Shown piece by piece: positions 27,841-37,059 of a stretch of 64,000 nucleotides of DNA. Origin of the DNA: Meyerozyma guilliermondii (lineage: Eukaryota); NCBI GenBank assembly GCA_051546255.1, contig CP128819.1, positions 868,001-932,000 of the forward strand, written 5' to 3'. The notes beneath the pieces were generated by a model. That model saw nothing but the letters and a program-made list of their open reading frames with translations, made no database searches and was not told where the DNA came from. The translations under genes were made by a program, and so were the position numbers. Within the stretch, counting starts at the first letter, position 1; every line of letters starts with the position of its first letter.

Positions 27841-30840
27841 ATGAGCGACGAACAAGGCAAAGACCAATCGGCATTGCCGCAAGACCACCACACCAACGGC
27901 GGACCCAAAAAGTACAGAAATAACTCCAATAATCACCACATTCCTCACCACATGCCGCAAAACCACCCACTGAATCACCATCAAAACTCTCCCAACTCTC
28001 GCCCCTACCGCAAGGGAAGTTACAACAAGGTGAACCAGTACTACAACTACCCTCCAAACATGTACTACGGCTACTATCCTTATGGATATCCGCAAATGGT
28101 GCCTGGAATGCAACCCATGCAGTACCAGCAATTGCCTCCCGGAGCTCCACCATCATCTTCTGGTACTCCTGGTACTCCTGGAACTCCTGGAACTCCCGCA
28201 TCCATTCCTGGATCTGCTCCAGGGTCTCATCCAGGCTCGGTTCCTGGATCTCATCCTGGTTCGGTGCCTCCAACCGCACCTGTAATTGCTCCAGTTCCGG
28301 GCAGTGGAAGTATGTCTCCGTATGGAAACAAGGTGAAAATCACCACCAAGGATGGCAAGCAAGTTGATTTGGAAAAGAAATTGGGATCCTCTACTTCTGG
28401 AACCTCGTCGGCTTCAGTGACCCCAGTTGCTTCGCCAGCAGCATCGGCGGCTAGTGTTCACAAACCTGCACCCGTTCCTTCAACGCCTGCTGCTTCGACT
28501 TCCTCTGGTGCTACTCCACCAGCCTCTTCAAGCTCAGCTCCAGCTCCAGCATCTGCTGCCTCGTCTCCGGCCAAGCTGTCGATTGCCGAGGAATTCAGAC
28601 GCAAGATTCTCGAGCGGGCTCAGGCCGCTCAGAAGGAGAAGGAATTGAAGGAGAAGGAAAAGGAAAAGCCCGAGACCACCACTAATACGCCAGTTGAGTC
28701 CGAGCCAAAGGAGCCAAAAGAAGTGAAAGAAACTGTTAAAGAAGATGTTAAAGAAGATGTTAAAGAAGCTAAGGATGTCACTGAACCTGTCAAGGATTCT
28801 GAACCTGTTTCGGTCAAGGCAGAAGTGCCAGAAGTTGAAGCTCCTGTCTCTGAGAAGTCAGCAACTTTCCAAGTTGAAGAGCCTGAACAAGTTCAGCAAA
28901 TTTCTGAAAAAGCTGTGGAAGAGGCTGAACAAGCCACTCCTGCCGTACCTGTTCCTTCAGCTCTGAAGGAGAATGTGAGTGAGGATGTTGCGGCGATTTC
29001 TCCAGCAGTGGAAAAACAAAATGAAGAGGAAGAAGCTCCAGAAACCGAAACTAAGGGAGAAGAAAAAGAAGAAGCCGAAGCCAGCAACGACGAAGGTGCT
29101 GATGAAGACGAAGAAGGTGAGGGTGAAGAAGATGCTGAGGCTGAAGATGGTCTTGATCTTTCTCAATTCTTCCAGCGTTTGCAGGAAGTCAAGCCTATTG
29201 AGGACCCTTACTCCATGACCTATCCAGAACCATTTACTGGTGTCGATCCAAAGTGGAAGAGCGAAAAGGCATTCAGATACGATCCTCAATTTTTGATTCA
29301 GTTCAAAGATGTGGTTCAATTCCCCATAGATGAAGAGTTCAAAAACAAGTTGGAAAGTTTGGGCATCACTGCTGGCAGAAAGGCACCCCAGGGTGCTCGT
29401 GGTGGCCTGAATCGGTTTGGTGCTGGAGGAGCACGTTTTGGACCTGGAATGGGTAACAGAGGCCAATTTTCTGACCCAAGACAAAACTCCAGAAACGGCT
29501 CACGCAGAAGAGGAGGAAGCAGTGGTGGTCCATCGAGAGATAAGTCTACGAGAAGGGGTGCACCTTCTAGAAGAGGTGGACGTGATCACAAAGATGATGG
29601 AATCACCATTCCTCCAGAGGAGATTAAGCCATTGGAGAAGAGTACTAATAGATGGGTTCCTAAGCCAAGAGGAGCTAAGGCCGAGGTCAAACTTGCTCCA
29701 GATGGCACAGAAATTTATTCTGAGGAGGATATTGAAAGAAAGGTCAAGTCTCAATTGAACAAATTGACACTTGAGATGTTTGAGCCTATTTCGGACGCTA
29801 TTCTCAAGTTGGGTGACCAATCCAAATGGGAAGACGATGCTAAAACTGTCAGACAGATCATATCGCTTACGTTTGCCAAAGCTTGTGATGAGCCTTATTG
29901 GTCGTCTATGTACGCTCAATTCTGTGCCAAGATGTGTACTCAAATGAGCGATGAAATCAAGGATGTCAATATTCGCCTCAAGAGTGGAGATTGTGCCAGA
30001 GGAGGTGACTTGGCTAGAAGAATTTTGTTGACCACTTGTCAGACCGAATATGAGAAGGGATGGAGTGACAAGTTGCCCACGAATGAAGACGGTACACCAA
30101 TTGAGCCTGAAATGATGTCTGACGAATATTATGCCATGGCTGCTGCCAAGAGAAGAGGTCTTGGATTGGTCAAGTTCATTGGTCACTTGTACATCTTGAA
30201 CATGTTGAACGATCAAGTGATCTTGCTTTGTTTGAGAGACCAGTCGAGTAACGTCAAGGATCCTTCTGAGGACAGTTTGGAGAACTTGGCGCAATTGGTC
30301 AACACCGTCGGTGCTCGGTTGGAAACCACCGAGAAGAACAGAGCCGTGCTCAATATTGTGTTCGACAACATTCAGACCATCTTGGACAACTGCAAATTGT
30401 CGTCAAGAATCAAGTTCAAATTGATGGACTTGCAAGATTTGAGAGCTTCGAAGTGGAAATCTGCCAAGGCTGACGCCGGACCAAAGACCATTCAGGAGAT
30501 CCACGAAGATGCAGAAATCAAGAAGTTGGAGGATGAAAGGGCTGCGATTGAAAGAAGGCGAAAGAACAAGACTGAGTCTCGGTCCAACTCGAGCAAAATG
30601 GGATCTTCTTGGGGCAGTTCTCCTGCTCTCAAAAAGGATCCTCGGGCAACCAAGGACTCACGAGGGTTTACTGCGGTTCAACCTCGTTCTCAGTCGTCTA
30701 GACAAAATCTTGCATCACCAGTGGACAGTGCCAATACCACCGGCAACACGGTGTCTCCTCGGGAGAACTCCAAGCGTAGTGAGTCGATTCAAAGCGCTGC
30801 AAATATGTTTGCTGCTTTGGGAGGAGAGGAAGATGACTAG
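27841..30840 (+). CDS. TIF4631: Translation initiation factor eIF4G
   Basis: eIF4E-binding YDPQFLI, MIF4G domain (VKSQLNKLTLEMF, KACDEPYWSSMYAQ, KRRGLGLVKFIG), GPKTIQEIH, C-terminal NMFAAL. Confidence 0.96.
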   Translation: MSDEQGKDQSALPQDHHTNGGPKKYRNNSNNHHIPHHMPQNHPLNHHQNSPNSRPYRKGSYNKVNQYYNYPPNMYYGYYPYGYPQMVPGMQPMQYQQLPPGAPPSSSGTPGTPGTPGTPASIPGSAPGSHPGSVPGSHPGSVPPTAPVIAPVPGSGSMSPYGNKVKITTKDGKQVDLEKKLGSSTSGTSSASVTPVASPAASAASVHKPAPVPSTPAASTSSGATPPASSSSAPAPASAASSPAKLSIAEEFRRKILERAQAAQKEKELKEKEKEKPETTTNTPVESEPKEPKEVKETVKEDVKEDVKEAKDVTEPVKDSEPVSVKAEVPEVEAPVSEKSATFQVEEPEQVQQISEKAVEEAEQATPAVPVPSALKENVSEDVAAISPAVEKQNEEEEAPETETKGEEKEEAEASNDEGADEDEEGEGEEDAEAEDGLDLSQFFQRLQEVKPIEDPYSMTYPEPFTGVDPKWKSEKAFRYDPQFLIQFKDVVQFPIDEEFKNKLESLGITAGRKAPQGARGGLNRFGAGGARFGPGMGNRGQFSDPRQNSRNGSRRRGGSSGGPSRDKSTRRGAPSRRGGRDHKDDGITIPPEEIKPLEKSTNRWVPKPRGAKAEVKLAPDGTEIYSEEDIERKVKSQLNKLTLEMFEPISDAILKLGDQSKWEDDAKTVRQIISLTFAKACDEPYWSSMYAQFCAKMCTQMSDEIKDVNIRLKSGDCARGGDLARRILLTTCQTEYEKGWSDKLPTNEDGTPIEPEMMSDEYYAMAAAKRRGLGLVKFIGHLYILNMLNDQVILLCLRDQSSNVKDPSEDSLENLAQLVNTVGARLETTEKNRAVLNIVFDNIQTILDNCKLSSRIKFKLMDLQDLRASKWKSAKADAGPKTIQEIHEDAEIKKLEDERAAIERRRKNKTESRSNSSKMGSSWGSSPALKKDPRATKDSRGFTAVQPRSQSSRQNLASPVDSANTTGNTVSPRENSKRSESIQSAANMFAALGGEEDD
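28162..28270 (+). repeat. Coding tandem repeats (GTP)n and (PGSx)n in the eIF4G N-terminus
   Basis: ggtactcct/ggaactcct 9-mers followed by cctggatc-type 12-mers. Confidence 0.8.
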
Positions 30841-30906
30841 GTACTCGGCGGTTTTTCTGTATTATAGCACTTCATAGGCATTAACATATTGATTAAACAT
30901 AGCTAC

Positions 30907-31353
30907 TTAACCACTTCTTGGGTGCCATTTGTGTCTGTGAAACCACCTTTTTCCCTTATCCTCGTCAGTGTCGGTTTTCTCGTTCAATGGACTAGCTTCA
31001 ATAGGACTGTAGCGCATTTCCGCGTCTATCTCGTGCGACTGAGACTCGATGGAAGTGTTGGCAGCTTCTCGCAAGTTATTTGACCTTTCTCCAACTTGTT
31101 CGATGCCTCGAGCGAGTGCAAGGTTTGCTCTTATCCACACTTTGAGTCCCAGAAGTATAAGCATCAAGAACGACTTGTTGGACCAGGAAATCACACAGTG
31201 GATCTCGTATAGAAACAAGTTGAGTAATCGCAATAAAATGAGGATAATTCGAGCTTCGAACGAGAGAGTTTCAAGAACCACCTCTATGCCGATGCCAACA
31301 TGAGCTTGGAACAATTGACCAAGATTGGACGTAGATTCATTTTGTTCTTTCAT
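30907..31353 (-). CDS. Hypothetical 148-aa hydrophobic protein (orphan)
   Basis: Fills nearly the whole TIF4631-MGS1 gap; its ATG overlaps the upstream TGA; long hydrophobic middle. No recognised homology. Confidence 0.35.
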   Translation of the reverse strand: MKEQNESTSNLGQLFQAHVGIGIEVVLETLSFEARIILILLRLLNLFLYEIHCVISWSNKSFLMLILLGLKVWIRANLALARGIEQVGERSNNLREAANTSIESQSHEIDAEMRYSPIEASPLNEKTDTDEDKGKRWFHRHKWHPRSG

Positions 31354-32837
31354 TTGTCCTCGTTTTCAAAAATATTTGTGTTTGTGATTGGCGTGCCCAC
31401 CGAGTACATATCGCCCAACTCATCTGCATTTGTGACGGGAAAAACCTGGTTCTCATCACCAGAACTTATTTGCGGGGGTTGAAGGAGCGAGTCGACCAAT
31501 TCTAAATCGTATTCAACTGGGAAGAATTGTTCGGCCTGTGGTTGAAAACTCGAATTAAATCTTGTCGACTTTTTCAAAAATTGTAAGGTGCTCTTGAAAG
31601 ATAGAAACGGGTCCTTTTTTGATGTATCACGCTTTGGACATTCCACTAGCCTTTCGACACAATCTGAAAGAACATGGATCACATCAGAAACCTCAAAAGC
31701 TTTGACTATTGAGAGGGTTTGGCGGAGTATAGAGTAGTCACAATCCGTGTAGAGCACAGTAAAAATAACCAATTGCTTTGCAATGAAAAGAGGAGACTCT
31801 CCCCTGTGCAAAAGTTGCAATAAAATCTTTATTGCTTTCACCTTTAAATATTCCGTCTTGGTGATCAAGTCCGAGCCATCGAAAGACCTTTCAGCGTCTT
31901 GATATTCGTCGTCCGAGTAGTCCATTCGTTCACGAAATGTTCTTCTGATTTTGGAATCGTCAACTATGGTTTTTCGTTTTTTGGGTTTTGGTTTACACTC
32001 ATTGATGGTGCTGAAAAAGTGCACAAGAAGACCATTGTTTTCGACATGATTTAGTCCGCCGTTCTGCCGGTGCAATTCCTTCAAGAAAGTATCTACCAGC
32101 TCCGAGGTTACCACTATAGGGTCGTAGGTGCCGGTATATTTGTGTGCATCACTGGACAAATTGATACTGACCATTTCTATCATATTGACGGCCGAGCGTG
32201 CGTCGCCTTTGCAAGTGTTGATAATGTGGTTGAGCACTTCAGAAGAGAACGAAAGAAACTGTTTTCCGTAGACTATTCTACGACGAACATTTTCGTACAA
32301 AGCTGCCTTCTTTAGAACGCTTTTCACTTCGTCTTTTGTGAGCTCGTTGAGCTTGAACAACTGGCACCGAGACCGAATCGCCGGACGTAGTCTTGTCGCA
32401 GGGTTGAAAGTTGTGGCACCCAAAAACACAAACAACCCTTCTTCTACAAACGGAAGAAGAAAATCCTGCTGAACTTTGGAAAATCTGTGGATTTCGTCGA
32501 TAAAAACGCATACTCGTAAATGTGGAGTACCGAGTTTAGTTCGTTTTCGATTTTCGTCCCTTATTTCGTTCAGTAATCGTCGTATTGTAGACACGGTAGC
32601 ATCAGTAGCCGACAATTCCACCATAACGTAGCCCGCTTCCTTTGCAATAATCGATGCCAAAGTTGTCTTGCCGACGCCCGGAGGACCATGAAGGATCATT
32701 GAGGGCAAATATCCTAGACGAATAAAGTTGGTAATTGCCCCATTGCGGTGGTTTGTGAGGTGGTTCTGGCCAATATATTGGTGTAGAGAGGAGGGCCGCA
32801 CTAGTTCTGTTAGGGGTCTGTTGAGATCATCATCCAT
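31350..32837 (-). CDS. MGS1: Mgs1/RarA/WRNIP1-family AAA+ ATPase with a divergent C-terminus
   Basis: PLTELVRP..L.QYIGQ.HL, SMILHGPPGVGKTTLA, FIDEIHRFSKVQQDFLLP, GDARSA. Likely ATG 32837; near IES2/PEX17/RRG9/VID27 as in S. cerevisiae. Confidence 0.75.
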   Translation of the reverse strand: MDDDLNRPLTELVRPSSLHQYIGQNHLTNHRNGAITNFIRLGYLPSMILHGPPGVGKTTLASIIAKEAGYVMVELSATDATVSTIRRLLNEIRDENRKRTKLGTPHLRVCVFIDEIHRFSKVQQDFLLPFVEEGLFVFLGATTFNPATRLRPAIRSRCQLFKLNELTKDEVKSVLKKAALYENVRRRIVYGKQFLSFSSEVLNHIINTCKGDARSAVNMIEMVSINLSSDAHKYTGTYDPIVVTSELVDTFLKELHRQNGGLNHVENNGLLVHFFSTINECKPKPKKRKTIVDDSKIRRTFRERMDYSDDEYQDAERSFDGSDLITKTEYLKVKAIKILLQLLHRGESPLFIAKQLVIFTVLYTDCDYSILRQTLSIVKAFEVSDVIHVLSDCVERLVECPKRDTSKKDPFLSFKSTLQFLKKSTRFNSSFQPQAEQFFPVEYDLELVDSLLQPPQISSGDENQVFPVTNADELGDMYSVGTPITNTNIFENEDK

Positions 32838-33138
32838 AGAAAGATGAAAGGTGCGAAATGCGAAAGATGCGAAAGATAAGAGTGCGAATGGGTGCAAATG
32901 GATGGAGTGAATTAATGTAGGAGTTTGGATTAGATGATAAACGGATGAAGCAAGATTAGAGTAGTAAGATCTAGTAATTGAATTCAATTTTTGATTCAAA
33001 TTGATTTTAGATGAAATTGAATGCCTAGAGTTATTCACTACAGTGCATTGTCTAATGCAGTATGACATTAAATGAGATAAATTAATGTACAGCAACGCTG
33101 TTGTTACGTACCGAAATAATGCAGTCGAGAAATGAAAG

Positions 33139-34614
33139 TCAAGTCCGTCGCTCGCCGTTGGGCGAGTCGGAGTCGGAAGAATTCTTTTGATTTGCAGCCG
33201 ACACGAAAAGATGAAGTGCTTTTTGCGGCGAAGTGATATTGTTTGCAGTTGCAAAGCTCATGAGAAGCCGGAGATGTGCCATGGTATCGCCGATCTGGGC
33301 TACACGCACCGCATTTTCGGGCATACCTGCGGTTTCAACGGCTCCAGGCGCTGAAAATTGGCTCAATTGGTTCAGATGGCCCAGAATGGATTCTGCCGCT
33401 TTCATGGTCAATGTGGCCGAATGGGAGAGCAACGAGGTGTCGATCCATTCGATGCGGAACTCGCGACTCATGGTGAGCTTGGTGGTGCCTTCGATGGTCA
33501 ACACCGAACCATCGCTGTAGTGGTAAACCATGGTCAACCGTGACACCATCCAGATGGAGCCCAGGTTGAGAACTTGGAATTTGAGTCCTGGAATGGCCAA
33601 AGTGAACTTATCGATTGAGGTGGAGTTGCCCGTACGGCTGGCTTGGGCGGCTTCGAGGAAACATGCCGACAAGAACCGAGGCACCACTGCCGATGCAAGC
33701 TCGACTCCTCGCCCTAGTTGGCGGAGCATTGTCATAGGACCGGTAGAATCAGATTTGGAGGAACTATTAGCCGAAAATGAAGGTGCCACTCCGATTCGAA
33801 CCACCGATGTGGGAGCCATATGGGTCTGTACAACCTGAAGCCAGAACCCTGGAGTAGCCAAGTGGCTTATCGGCTCGTTCAGCACAAACTCCACCAAATC
33901 GAGGAGCCGGATAGCAGCAGCGTTTCCAAGGTGCCGGCGGAAAATTTTGGCATTGAGTTCGGCCTGGGCCGCTTGCATCGCCGGCGGAGGAGGAGGAGCT
34001 GGGCCTTCTGGGTGCGGCGACAGGCTATGGTTTTGCGGTGTTGGCGGAGCACGGCCTGTTTGTGGAGTGGGTTGCTGTTGCGGAGCCATTACCGGAGTTA
34101 TAGTGGGTACTTTATTGTATGGCGGTTGTGGTTGGGACGCTAGTTGCGGCGTATGTCCGTGAGAATTGCTGGCAGATGATCTTGTTCCCGGTGCCAGGGT
34201 CTGGAAAGTCATTCTTGTGGCACTCAGCGGCGTAGCTGCCAGCACCGACGTGGCTCGCTGCATTCCTGGTCTTTGGGTATAGTACATGGGGCCAGAAGAA
34301 ATTTGGCCAGGGCCAGGACCAGATATTTGACCAGATATTTGACCAGATATTTGGGGAGCATTTGCTGTTCCATTTGCGGCAGTCCCAAGCAGAGCGTGTG
34401 GGTGAGCTAGTCCTGGGGGTACTGGTGGAATTTGGCCCTGAGGTCCAACCATTCCATTACCAGATGGCATTGTACTTTGTGATGAATTTGGTGCCACGCC
34501 CGGCAAGCCGGGACCCATGCCCATGTTTCCCATTTGTATGGCTTGGTTGTACATCTGGTTGTATACGTCTGACGGCACCTGGCCCATCATCTGGTTCTTC
34601 GTGACATTGTTCAT
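33139..34614 (-). CDS. MFG1: Morphogenetic regulator with LIM-domain-binding (LDB) region, Mfg1
   Basis: Q/P/M-rich N-terminus; KIFRRHLGNAAAIRLLDLVE, HYSDGS, REFRIEWID, GMPENAVRVAQIGDTM; OST4 nearby. Confidence 0.75.
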   Translation of the reverse strand: MNNVTKNQMMGQVPSDVYNQMYNQAIQMGNMGMGPGLPGVAPNSSQSTMPSGNGMVGPQGQIPPVPPGLAHPHALLGTAANGTANAPQISGQISGQISGPGPGQISSGPMYYTQRPGMQRATSVLAATPLSATRMTFQTLAPGTRSSASNSHGHTPQLASQPQPPYNKVPTITPVMAPQQQPTPQTGRAPPTPQNHSLSPHPEGPAPPPPPAMQAAQAELNAKIFRRHLGNAAAIRLLDLVEFVLNEPISHLATPGFWLQVVQTHMAPTSVVRIGVAPSFSANSSSKSDSTGPMTMLRQLGRGVELASAVVPRFLSACFLEAAQASRTGNSTSIDKFTLAIPGLKFQVLNLGSIWMVSRLTMVYHYSDGSVLTIEGTTKLTMSREFRIEWIDTSLLSHSATLTMKAAESILGHLNQLSQFSAPGAVETAGMPENAVRVAQIGDTMAHLRLLMSFATANNITSPQKALHLFVSAANQKNSSDSDSPNGERRT

Positions 34615-34819
34615 TCGGCGAACGAAAATTTCCTGTGGCGGAGCAAGGATAGCAACGATTTGAGTAGTCTACCGTGTTTTGGGGGGTTGTTTACAGTATA
34701 GTTTGCTTTTGGCGTCGTAGAAACGGGTGGGTGTACGGTTTGATACCGGTGTTTTTACCTTGGTGCACCCTGAACTGTGATTGAAGAATTTGGCGCGCGG
34801 CGTTATTTGCAGGCGCCGC

Positions 34820-35475
34820 GAAGACTCACAGTCAGACGACTCATGACAGAATTTAAGGAAACGAAAGAAGGAACTCCGTATTTTGAATTCTTTTGATTTT
34901 GAAGTTTATTGGGTCTCGAAGTAGTATATTGTGGACTCAGTTGGGCTTTACATAATGGAAACTCGAAGAATGTAATGAGTCATGACTCTCTTACTAGCTT
35001 AAGGTTTTTGACATTTTCACGGCTATTTTTGAGTCAGTCTTGACTCCAAGTACTTTTGAATTGGCAGTTTAGCTTATAGTGATACTCGAGTTTCTTGACT
35101 CAATTTATATTTTTGACTTTTTGTAATCTTGGCTAAATCTGACTACCATGAGGTTCCTAATAGTTTTACTTAGGCTTATCACGTTTTTTTACCATGATTC
35201 TCTGCATAATTGTGCTTCTAGAGATTACCGCATTGGAGTGTGATTTCTGGCTTTAATAGTGTAGACTCATCATACACTTTTGGACTAAGATGGCTTTCTG
35301 AATTTCGACATTTTTGACTTCACAGGTGTACTTTGTCTCCATTTACGAGGGTATTCCTACCTTCATAGGAAATTCTTTCTCGGTATCTTCCAGTTCATTA
35401 ATCGTATTGTACCAAGATTTGACATCTACATCTTCTGTCTTGGTGCATAGTCATTGCAGACTCTTGACTTCTCAA
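34820..35475. repeat. Cryptic degenerate (T)GACT(C)/GAGTC-rich tract containing three perfect TGA(C/G)TCA Gcn4/AP-1 sites
   Basis: TGAGTCA 34976, TGACTC 34983, TGAGTCA 35030, TGACTC 35041, TGACTCA 35096, and many more GACT words. Confidence 0.6.
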
Positions 35476-35503
35476 TTTTGGTTATCTCTTTCGTTCTTTT
35501 TTT

Positions 35504-36298
35504 TCACGCCCTTTCGATTCCCAACACTTCACCGTCCTTTCTGCTTACCCACCGGTTCATTGCCGCATGGTTGATCATAGGACGTCTCGGACGCAGATCC
35601 GTAACCTCCTCGTTGTCCTCCTTGGACTCACCACTTCTGGTTTTCGTGGCTCGCCGCTTAAGAAGCTTGTTGACGGTATCTTGTTTTTCTTCCTCCAATT
35701 GCTTGTTCTTCAAATGCTGTCGTCTACGAGCATTTTCTGCTTTTCGCAACAATGTCTGTTGTTCTGTTTCTTGCTTGCGCTTTGTATTTTTCTTATCAAG
35801 ATCCTCGAGTTCCAAAAACAGCTCCGAAGCACTGTTGCCATTTTCTTCTTCAAGAAACCGCCGTCTTTGTCTCTCGGTCATTTTGGAAACATCGGGGTTA
35901 TTGTGTGGATCGTACTCGGCTTCTTCGTCGGTCAAAATGAGATCTTCGTCCATATTGTTCACTCTTTGTTGTTTACGAGCTGGAGGTGGAGTTTCAGTGC
36001 CATCCGTACTCTCTTCTTCTTCATTGTAAAGCGTAAGTGTGCGTTTCTTTACCGGGGCCCTGGTCCTCGTACCAGCTCGGGAAGCGCCTCCTCTTCGTGG
36101 TTTTGGCGAATCGTCATCGTCACCATCCAAATCCAGGTCGTCGTCACCATCTTCCACATTATACTTGGTGTCATCACTGGGCAGATTTTCGTCGTCTTCC
36201 TGTTCTTCTTCTGGTTCATCGTCCACTGGTTCCATTTCACTCAAGTCGGACTCGTCATATGGCGGCGACGACACGTCTTCATCGCTGGAACTGGACAT
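35504..36298 (-). CDS. IES2: INO80 complex subunit Ies2 (PAPA-1 domain)
   Basis: Acidic N-terminus, PDVSKMTERQRRR, LRKAENARRR, EEEKQDTVNKLLKRRA, RWVS. ATG at 36298. Confidence 0.9.
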   Translation of the reverse strand: MSSSSDEDVSSPPYDESDLSEMEPVDDEPEEEQEDDENLPSDDTKYNVEDGDDDLDLDGDDDDSPKPRRGGASRAGTRTRAPVKKRTLTLYNEEEESTDGTETPPPARKQQRVNNMDEDLILTDEEAEYDPHNNPDVSKMTERQRRRFLEEENGNSASELFLELEDLDKKNTKRKQETEQQTLLRKAENARRRQHLKNKQLEEEKQDTVNKLLKRRATKTRSGESKEDNEEVTDLRPRRPMINHAAMNRWVSRKDGEVLGIERA

Positions 36299-36357
36299 AA
36301 TAAAGTGGAATGAAATGAGAAATCTAAATGAGAAATCGAAGAAATTGAATTGAAAGT

Positions 36358-37035
36358 CGCACTGAAGTTGCACTTAGGTAATGCACTGAATTATTCAATG
36401 AACTATAAGGAACTATCCACTAAATAACAAAGTAGTCCACTAGGTAGCCTGAATAAATCAGCCTAGTAATCAAGTACCACTGAAATAACAACAAACACTG
36501 AATCAGTGGAAATCACTGAACTACTCATAATTCACAACGTAGTTCACTAAGTAATCCATAATCCAAGAGTCCATTGAAGAAATCAACTAAGGATTCACTG
36601 ACTTACCACTATTCGAATCCGAGTTTTCCACTAGTAACCCGAATTAGTTACTGAAACCACTGAACGATTCCCCTGTAATGAAATAGTCCACTGAATCAAA
36701 ATCGATTGAGAAATTACTATTGTGCTCCACCAGGTAATTACGGAATTACCCACGAAAGACACACACTTAGTGACCACTAAGTATCTGCTAAGTAGTCCAG
36801 TAATCACCAAGTAACCAGTACACCAGTACTCAGTAGAAGTAGTTCACCAAGTAACAAATTAACCAGCAAAGATTCACCACACAAAGTAGTCACTGAACCG
36901 TGTCTACTGAATAAGTCCAATGGTCCCTTGACTAACCATGAACACTGACTGGTCACCAATTTATCTCACTAAGTGCCACTAGTCAACTAACTCAACTACC
37001 ATTAATATTTTTTGGTAGTCTACCACTGGAGTCCT
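36358..37035. repeat. Highly degenerate minisatellite, unit ~12-13 bp, consensus about AGTAGTCCACT(A/G)A
   Basis: Recurrent agtagtccact, gtagttcactaagta, aatagtccactgaa, ccactaagta, aagtagttcaccaagta and aagtagtcactgaa across ~680 bp with no ORF. Confidence 0.7.
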
Positions 37036-37059
37036 CTCTCTGACAATTAGACATCGCTC

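Noticed and set aside
29500..30294. 264-aa minus-strand ORF
   Set aside because: Antisense shadow of TIF4631.
32838..33254. 139-aa N-terminal extension of the MGS1-like ORF
   Set aside because: Non-ATG start overlapping MFG1; low-complexity intergenic sequence; homology begins at ATG 32837.
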